Positions 58,636-64,000 of a stretch of 64,000 nucleotides of DNA are shown here, piece by piece. The notes beneath the pieces were generated by a model. That model was not told where the DNA came from and searched no databases. It saw only the letters and a program-made list of their open reading frames with translations. The stretch comes from Candidatus Nanopelagicales bacterium (lineage in GTDB: Bacteria > Actinomycetota > Actinomycetes > S36-B12). The first letter of the stretch is position 1. Each line of letters opens with the position of its first letter. A program made the position numbers and the translations under genes. The stretch covers positions 201,404-265,403 of the forward strand of contig JAQTZL010000001.1 in the NCBI GenBank assembly GCA_028687755.1. Reading direction: 5' to 3'.

Positions 58636-58959
58636 TTGATCATGGCATCTCAAACCCACAGTCATAGCGATCGTCGGATCACACTCGCCCTCACCGAGAG
58701 CGAACTTGCTGACCTCAATCAAATAATCGCAGACCGGTCACTTCGTGAAGCCCTTGAAGAACTTTCTCATAGCGAAGTCACGGCAACCCACGACACTGAC
58801 TCAGGGCTCATTCGCGCTATTTTGGTTTGCGGGATGAGCGCAGTTCATGGTCACGCCGAAACCCAGGGCTACAGAGAACTTGCTAATTCACTAACAGCAG
58901 AAGATGTTGAAGAAAGACTCCATTACGCCACTCGACACCGTGCTAACTGGACCGACTAA
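58636..58959 (+). CDS. hypothetical protein
   Basis: 107-aa acidic helical ORF with no recognised family. Confidence 0.3.
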   Translation: MIMASQTHSHSDRRITLALTESELADLNQIIADRSLREALEELSHSEVTATHDTDSGLIRAILVCGMSAVHGHAETQGYRELANSLTAEDVEERLHYATRHRANWTD

Positions 58960-59010
58960 CGACACGCCATTCGAATGAATTCTCATTCGATCCGTGATTG
59001 ACGCTAACGA

Positions 59011-59310
59011 CTAGTCGCAGTCCAGGCAGACAGGCTTCTTCAGATCGCCATTGGCAAGCTGGGTGTTGTTCTTCACCAGGAAGCAACGAGTGCAGGTGAA
59101 CTCGTTTGACTGAATAGGCACCACGCGAACCTCAAGGGAAAGGCCCGACAGGTCAGCACCAGGAAGCTCGATGTCTTCGGCACTGATGTCGTTCTCATCG
59201 ATCTCAATGGGGGTCTGCGATTGGGCAGCAGCAGCCTCTTTGAGGTGCTCAAGACTTTCGGCAGCCTCTTCAGAGTCGGTCTTACGCGGGGCGTCGTAGT
59301 CAGTTGCCAT
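59011..59310 (-). CDS. DUF4193 protein
   Basis: The start is set at MATDYDAPRK. The C-terminal FTCTRCFLV...CLDC Cys motif is typical of this conserved actinobacterial family. Confidence 0.75.
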   Translation of the reverse strand: MATDYDAPRKTDSEEAAESLEHLKEAAAAQSQTPIEIDENDISAEDIELPGADLSGLSLEVRVVPIQSNEFTCTRCFLVKNNTQLANGDLKKPVCLDCD

Positions 59311-59638
59311 GGTGTTGGTGCTCTCCTTGATGTTCTTCGCCACGTAGATGGTCGAAGGAGGCGGACTTTACCTTGACTCCCCCACAGATTAGGGACGTGG
59401 GGCAGGCGCGTGTTCGGTCCGTTGTCCTGTTCAACAATCCTTAACGCTTTTTATTCCACTCGGGGCAAAACGGACAGGCGATATCGCCTCGTTTTCCACA
59501 AGGTCTTATCGCCTGGATCTCGTCCACAGATCGAGGTATGCGGCTTCCACTGGGCTTTGCCCCATCCCATGCTCGCCGCATGAATCAGCTTCAACCCTTG
59601 CCATCTGGATATTTTCGTACTACGTTAATGAGCGTCTG

Positions 59639-59893
59639 GTGTTAATCATCAACTCCAGCGCCAGAAAACATGGAATAGCTGAGGCTGACATAGAGCACGC
59701 AATTGCTTGGGGGTTTTATCAACGAATCCTCGAAGAAGAGATACCCAGGCGAGTGCTTCATGTCGGCCCCGATGGTTCAGGCAATCCCCTGGAAATCATC
59801 ACCTTGCATTTTGATGATTCCAAAACCGTTGTGATTCATGCCATGAAAGTCACTCAGCAGTACCAGTGGATTCTCAAGGAGCGAGCAAAATGA
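59639..59893 (+). CDS. putative toxin of a type II TA pair (uncharacterised family)
   Basis: 84-aa ORF whose stop overlaps (ATGA) the start of an RHH antitoxin-like gene. Confidence 0.45.
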   Translation: MLIINSSARKHGIAEADIEHAIAWGFYQRILEEEIPRRVLHVGPDGSGNPLEIITLHFDDSKTVVIHAMKVTQQYQWILKERAK

Positions 59894-60168
59894 AAAAGAA
59901 TGATCAAGGCGAAGAAATACTTGGATATTCAGGCGGCATGGCGATAACTCAATCGATCATCGAAGAGCTTGCCGCCGAAGCCGAACGCGGTTACACCCGC
60001 GAACAGTTGCGACGAGGGCGCCCATATTTGGGTTCTGCGATTGCTAAAACCGTGCAAGTGAAATTGAGCCCAGAGCTTCACGTGTTACTGGAAAAACGTG
60101 TTGCGGCTGAAGGAAAATCACGCAGCGAGGTGGTGCGCGAAGCTTTGACGAAATACCTTGCAAGTTAG
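59890..60168 (+). CDS. CopG/ribbon-helix-helix antitoxin-like protein
   Basis: The C-terminal segment VQVKLSPELHVLLEKRVAAEGKSRSEVVREALTKYL is an RHH pattern. Confidence 0.6.
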   Translation: MKKNDQGEEILGYSGGMAITQSIIEELAAEAERGYTREQLRRGRPYLGSAIAKTVQVKLSPELHVLLEKRVAAEGKSRSEVVREALTKYLAS

Positions 60169-60227
60169 CGAATTACTGGCACCACAATCGATTGTCCACC
60201 AGGACATGAAACGGCTTGTCGATTAAG
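60165..60227 (-). pseudogene. remnant of a LysM-gene 3' end
   Basis: The minus strand reads LNRQAVSCPGGQSIVVPVIR-stop. The intact partial LysM gene at 63793.. ends GQSIVVPVVR-stop. The two share an exact 18-mer, tactggcaccacaatcga. Confidence 0.45.
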
Positions 60228-60233
60228 CGTTAT

Positions 60234-61871
60234 CTAAAACACCAACTGCAAGCGAGTACTGAATTCATCCGAGTCAACCTTGATCTGCTCACTCAACACC
60301 GCCCCCAACCATACGTTCCCCATTCCAAGCGGTGCGCTTTCATTCAAGAGAGCGTTCGTGCGAGCATCAAGATGCAGGTCTTCCCCATGGTTGGTCAGTG
60401 AGAACGTAATTTGGGTTGCGCCAGCGCGACGCACAGCATTCGTCACCACTTCTTCAATCGCTGCCACAACAAGACTTAGCCGTGAATCACTGACATCAAC
60501 AGAGGCCGCGATATCAAGATCTATTGCCGCAATCCCCTGCCACGCCTGTTGAATCCTCTCAATGCGCTGCAATGGCGTGAGTTGACTCTTATGAAAATCC
60601 TGCGCAATCGAGCGATTCACTAACGCGGCTAGACGCTCCCATGATTCCTCTGCCGCTTTCGTGCCCGGCGTTGCTTGATCAAGCTGTAGCGCTAAACCGG
60701 TGAGCTCTGATTGCAACGTGTTGTGCAGATAACTCGACATCGCCTGATGCTCTAACGGGGTCAACGTGTCAACGCGCTCTTCGATCACTTTCAAAATTTG
60801 GGTGCGATCTTGCTGGTCCAGTTTCAATGAGGCTGAGCCAATAACTAAGAACAACATTGCGAAGGGAACGAAGGCATACGTAACGATCGGAGCTGCCGGA
60901 TTTACCCATGAGCCTTGAAGGTTCATAACGAGATCCGCGGCGATTACTGGGAGATACACACTTGCCAACACCAATAGTGGCGCCAAGAACTTGTTGGGCC
61001 AGCTACGGATCACTCGCGCACTCAAGGTCAACGCCAAAAAGAAAAAGGCAGAATTCACTGCCGCACTCAGCACACCTCGCTGGGTTCCGAACAACACCGG
61101 AGCGCCAATCGTTGCAACAATCCACCACAGCAGCACTACTGGCACGATGGGAACAGTGAAGCCGACAATCGCATCGCGAATCACCATTGAATAGCGAGCA
61201 TGGGGTTCACGTGACTGCCCACTAAACCAAATGCGATGACTCAGCGGACGAATTCGGTGTTCGATCTCCCATCGAATCGCTGCAGCAGCGTCATCCAAAT
61301 CCTGCTGCGTGGGTTCTACTGTCGTAGCTGCATCGGCAAGAGCTGACTTCAATTGAGACACTTCAGCAAGCCCCTCAAGGTGCCGAGCAACATTTCGCAC
61401 CGCAACTTGATGAACAAGATCTTGATATCGCGTGCGGTACTGGCGCTCCTTGGCAACGATGATGCTTGAAGCTGGCAGCCAAACCAACGCTGCCAGAACT
61501 GCGTTGATGAAACGCAATGGGCCAAGCCAGTGTTCACCATGCTGTGACACTGCGACGACCAATGCGAACGTGACCGCCCGCACCACGCCAACCACAGCTG
61601 ACACCAGTACCAGCGACCACACACCACGGATGAGGGTTGCCAACAGGAACGAAGACGCAACAGTCATCACGCCGACAACAAACGCAGCCAGCACACGCCA
61701 AGCCACGCTTACTTCCCACGTCAATGCAACGGTGAGGGCTGATACTGCACCAAAAATCCACATGGTGATGGGAGTGAAGCGAGCCTGCTGCACCCACTGG
61801 AGCCACATATGCGCTCCATGATCATGTGCACCGCGGGTTTTGCCAAGAACTTCCTTCACTTGGTTACGCAC
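60234..61871 (-). CDS. membrane sensor histidine kinase-like protein (atypical)
   Basis: 545 aa with many TM helices. A candidate H-box is SSYLHNTLQSELTGLAL (HisKA_3-like), and the C-terminal segment is ATPase-like. Its start overlaps the stop of the NarL-type regulator gene. Confidence 0.5.
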   Translation of the reverse strand: MRNQVKEVLGKTRGAHDHGAHMWLQWVQQARFTPITMWIFGAVSALTVALTWEVSVAWRVLAAFVVGVMTVASSFLLATLIRGVWSLVLVSAVVGVVRAVTFALVVAVSQHGEHWLGPLRFINAVLAALVWLPASSIIVAKERQYRTRYQDLVHQVAVRNVARHLEGLAEVSQLKSALADAATTVEPTQQDLDDAAAAIRWEIEHRIRPLSHRIWFSGQSREPHARYSMVIRDAIVGFTVPIVPVVLLWWIVATIGAPVLFGTQRGVLSAAVNSAFFFLALTLSARVIRSWPNKFLAPLLVLASVYLPVIAADLVMNLQGSWVNPAAPIVTYAFVPFAMLFLVIGSASLKLDQQDRTQILKVIEERVDTLTPLEHQAMSSYLHNTLQSELTGLALQLDQATPGTKAAEESWERLAALVNRSIAQDFHKSQLTPLQRIERIQQAWQGIAAIDLDIAASVDVSDSRLSLVVAAIEEVVTNAVRRAGATQITFSLTNHGEDLHLDARTNALLNESAPLGMGNVWLGAVLSEQIKVDSDEFSTRLQLVF

Positions 61872-62518
61872 TAACTTGGCATCGCTTTGCCGGAAAGTTG
61901 CACATACGCGCGCGTTAATAACACCCGAGGGTTTCCTTGAGCCGAATCCAGGGATAACGCTTCCATTACGCGGGAAATTGTGCGCTCAACTGCTTTATTG
62001 CTCACCTGCATCGCAAGCGCAATCTCTGCATTAGTGCGACCTTCGGCAACAAGCTTGAGTACCTGCATTTGATTGTCTGTCAGTTCGCGCACCATGGAAG
62101 CCGAAGACGTTAACTTCAGTGGCTCACGCACTGCCTGCAAGAGTGTCGTGCGAAGCAAATCCACGTCATCGAGTGCAGTTTTGATGAGATAGCGGGCCCC
62201 TCTGGGAAGCGCGCGTTCACTTGGATCCTTGATTCGTGGATCAGAGAAACTTGTGAGAAGAATAAGGCCGATATTTGGCAAACGCTCTCGAAGTGCATAA
62301 GCCAAATCAATACCTGACGGCCCAGCTCCTAAATCCAAATCCAAGAGCGCAATTTCCACTGGCTCACCCCTTGCCCCTGCATCCTCAAAGGCTGCAAGTG
62401 CTTGCGCAGAGTTCGCACTTTGCCCAACGACAACAAAACCCAATGAGGTCAGTGACGTGACAAGCAACGCACGCGTAAAGGCTTCGTCTTCAACTAGGAG
62501 CACCCGAGCGTGAATCAC
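61871..62518 (-). CDS. NarL/LuxR-family response regulator
   Basis: The start is trimmed to GTG at 62518 (VIHARVLLVEDEAF...). A receiver domain (LLDLDLG) is followed by a LuxR HTH (LTDNQMQVLKLVAEGRTNAEIALAMQVSNKAVERTI). Confidence 0.85.
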   Translation of the reverse strand: MIHARVLLVEDEAFTRALLVTSLTSLGFVVVGQSANSAQALAAFEDAGARGEPVEIALLDLDLGAGPSGIDLAYALRERLPNIGLILLTSFSDPRIKDPSERALPRGARYLIKTALDDVDLLRTTLLQAVREPLKLTSSASMVRELTDNQMQVLKLVAEGRTNAEIALAMQVSNKAVERTISRVMEALSLDSAQGNPRVLLTRAYVQLSGKAMPS

Positions 62519-62552
62519 TTGACCATTATTGGCCGTCAAGTGTCGACCTGCG

Positions 62553-63719
62553 CTATCGCACAGACCAAGTGCTCGCTGAGTTGTAATAGGGCTGACGCAC
62601 GCACACAAACCCACCGGTGCCGCCATTGGGCCATTGCGCCCAGCTACGACCCCAAGCCTGATCCTTAAGACTGGCCAAGGCTGGGAAATCTGCGAGGTCC
62701 TTTGGTTGAATTTCGCAGGTTCCATCGCTTGTTCGGGCGTACTGCTGCATTGCTGCGGTGGGAATGTTGTCACCAAAGAGCTGAGCGACCAGTGAAATGA
62801 AAGTGACCGTGTTGTCGGTGGCGTTGAGGACATACGCACGCGTTGCGTCAGCGTTCACAGCAACATCTGTTGCCCCGGCACCTACTGGATATGTAGCCGA
62901 CACTGCGCCTGTTACTAGTGAGAAGACTTTCAGTAACCGCCCTGTGCCGTCAGTTACATATCCAACGCCGCGGGCGCTTTGCACAGCAATGCTCGAAAGG
63001 TTTCCACCGATAACTAGTTGACTATTCGGCCCACCAGTTCGGCGAAACACATCAACGATTCCGCTTGTTTCAGGCACATAAGAAGTTACGCCATCATCGG
63101 AAATCGCAAGGCCAGTAATAACGCCTGTCGCCATGAAGTTGATACCACTGTTGATGTAACGAACTACGGACGTTCCGGAAACAGCAAGCTCAGATGCATT
63201 TTGCGAAACCGCGACAAAATAGCGATCGATCGATCCGGTATACACAATTGAAGTGGCGTAGGTGTTGGTATCAATCGCAGCAACTCTGAAATTTCCACTG
63301 CCGCAGGCGATATAGACGGCACCACCCAATGGGTTATAGGCCATAGCTCGAGGATCAGTACACCCCGAGATCGATGACACTGCCTGTACAAGTGTTCCAT
63401 TTGCAGCGTTGATAATTTTATAGGCCGCGCCCGCAATCACAACGATTACGCGGGTGCCATCTGGGCTGATCGCGATCGCTGTAGGTGAACCAGTCACATT
63501 CCACGTATCAATCACCTGATTGGTGCTCGTGCTCACTACTGAGACAGCGTTGTTGGTGTTACTAGTGACGAATGCTTTTGATCCATCAGGACTCAACACC
63601 ATGTGTTGCGAACCAGTGGGCAGAGCAACAGTGGCAACCACTGCGCCTGCTTGTGCCTGCGAGATACCCGCGAAGCTAAGGGTCAAGACGGATAAACCTA
63701 GGAGAACAATGCGTCGCAT
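62553..63719 (-). CDS. secreted YVTN-type beta-propeller repeat protein
   Basis: Signal peptide, then repeated segments of about 40 aa (AISPDGTRV, AVSQNASEL, AVNADATRAYVLN...). The C-terminal ~70 aa form a Cys/Trp-containing module. Confidence 0.6.
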   Translation of the reverse strand: MRRIVLLGLSVLTLSFAGISQAQAGAVVATVALPTGSQHMVLSPDGSKAFVTSNTNNAVSVVSTSTNQVIDTWNVTGSPTAIAISPDGTRVIVVIAGAAYKIINAANGTLVQAVSSISGCTDPRAMAYNPLGGAVYIACGSGNFRVAAIDTNTYATSIVYTGSIDRYFVAVSQNASELAVSGTSVVRYINSGINFMATGVITGLAISDDGVTSYVPETSGIVDVFRRTGGPNSQLVIGGNLSSIAVQSARGVGYVTDGTGRLLKVFSLVTGAVSATYPVGAGATDVAVNADATRAYVLNATDNTVTFISLVAQLFGDNIPTAAMQQYARTSDGTCEIQPKDLADFPALASLKDQAWGRSWAQWPNGGTGGFVCVRQPYYNSASTWSVR

Positions 63720-63792
63720 TACTGCAGGCTAGAAAAGCTGCATTGCCTTGCCTAATCACATGTGGGGATGTCCCCACCATGACGCCGACTGA

Positions 63793-64000
63793 CTATCGAA
63801 CTACTGGCACCACAATCGACTGACCAACTGCAACCACAGCGGTGTTCATGCCGTTGAGATCCTTGATGTCATTGATCGTTGCGCGAGGGTCCTGATCAGG
63901 CGCAATGGTTTGCGCAATTGACCACAGTGACTCACCTGGCTGCACGACAACGGTTGCTGTTGCTGGCCCAGCATTCGTTGATGTTGCAATTGCCTTGGAA
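63793..64000 (-). CDS. LysM domain protein, 3' part (gene continues beyond the window)
   Basis: My own minus-strand translation reads ...VVVQPGESLWSIAQTIAPDQDPRATINDIKDLNGMNTAVVAVGQSIVVPVVR-stop. It is absent from the ORF track because its start lies outside the window. Confidence 0.75.
   Translation of the reverse strand, partial: SKAIATSTNAGPATATVVVQPGESLWSIAQTIAPDQDPRATINDIKDLNGMNTAVVAVGQSIVVPVVR

Noticed and set aside
61871-62839. A 322-aa version of the response regulator ORF with a long N-terminal extension.
   Set aside because: The extension overlaps the 3' end of the propeller gene and has no receiver-domain features. The receiver domain begins at the GTG at 62518.
63757-63776. The hairpin gtgggga-tg-tccccac as a terminator for the LysM gene.
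   Set aside because: The loop is too short for the full stem, and no T-run follows on the relevant strand. It is not convincing as an intrinsic terminator.
1-64000. tRNA, rRNA, transposase, integrase or prophage structural genes.
   Set aside because: I saw no cloverleaf-like T-arm motifs, rRNA signatures, DDE or tyrosine/serine recombinase motifs, or capsid/tail genes while reading the ORFs and intergenic regions. Absence is by eye only and should be confirmed with tRNAscan-SE, Infernal and ISfinder.

Overview
This window looks like chromosomal DNA from a mid-GC (by eye about 50%) actinobacterium. Signature genes are an HrdB/SigA-type principal sigma factor, a GyrB/ParE-type topoisomerase subunit, metY-metX behind a SAM-IV riboswitch, nrdR-nrdJ, and DUF4192/DUF4193/DUF3097/DUF3293 proteins. 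No rRNA, tRNA, CRISPR array, transposase or integrase was seen. From 1 to about 39.9 kb the content is mostly housekeeping, metabolic and transport genes. Exceptions are a cluster of cyclic-nucleotide/alarmone genes (three GGDEF proteins, an HD hydrolase, a DnaQ-like exonuclease), one VapBC pair and a frameshifted aldo/keto reductase. From about 39.9 to 63.8 kb the region is an accessory mosaic. It holds at least six toxin-antitoxin-like pairs, a lower-GC type II R-M module with an unrecognisable endonuclease candidate, and two paralogous secreted proteins flanking accessory genes. It also holds an abrupt ~1.5-kb high-GC insert with an ArsR-CDF metal efflux cassette. A propeller/response-regulator/kinase module is bracketed by a duplicated 3' end of a LysM gene that normally sits next to nrdR. 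I did not recognise a clear complete novel system. The best leads are the high-GC insert, the LysM-end duplication island, the GGDEF-exonuclease coupling and the R-M partner ORF. All family calls come from motif recognition by eye and need HMM/BLAST confirmation.
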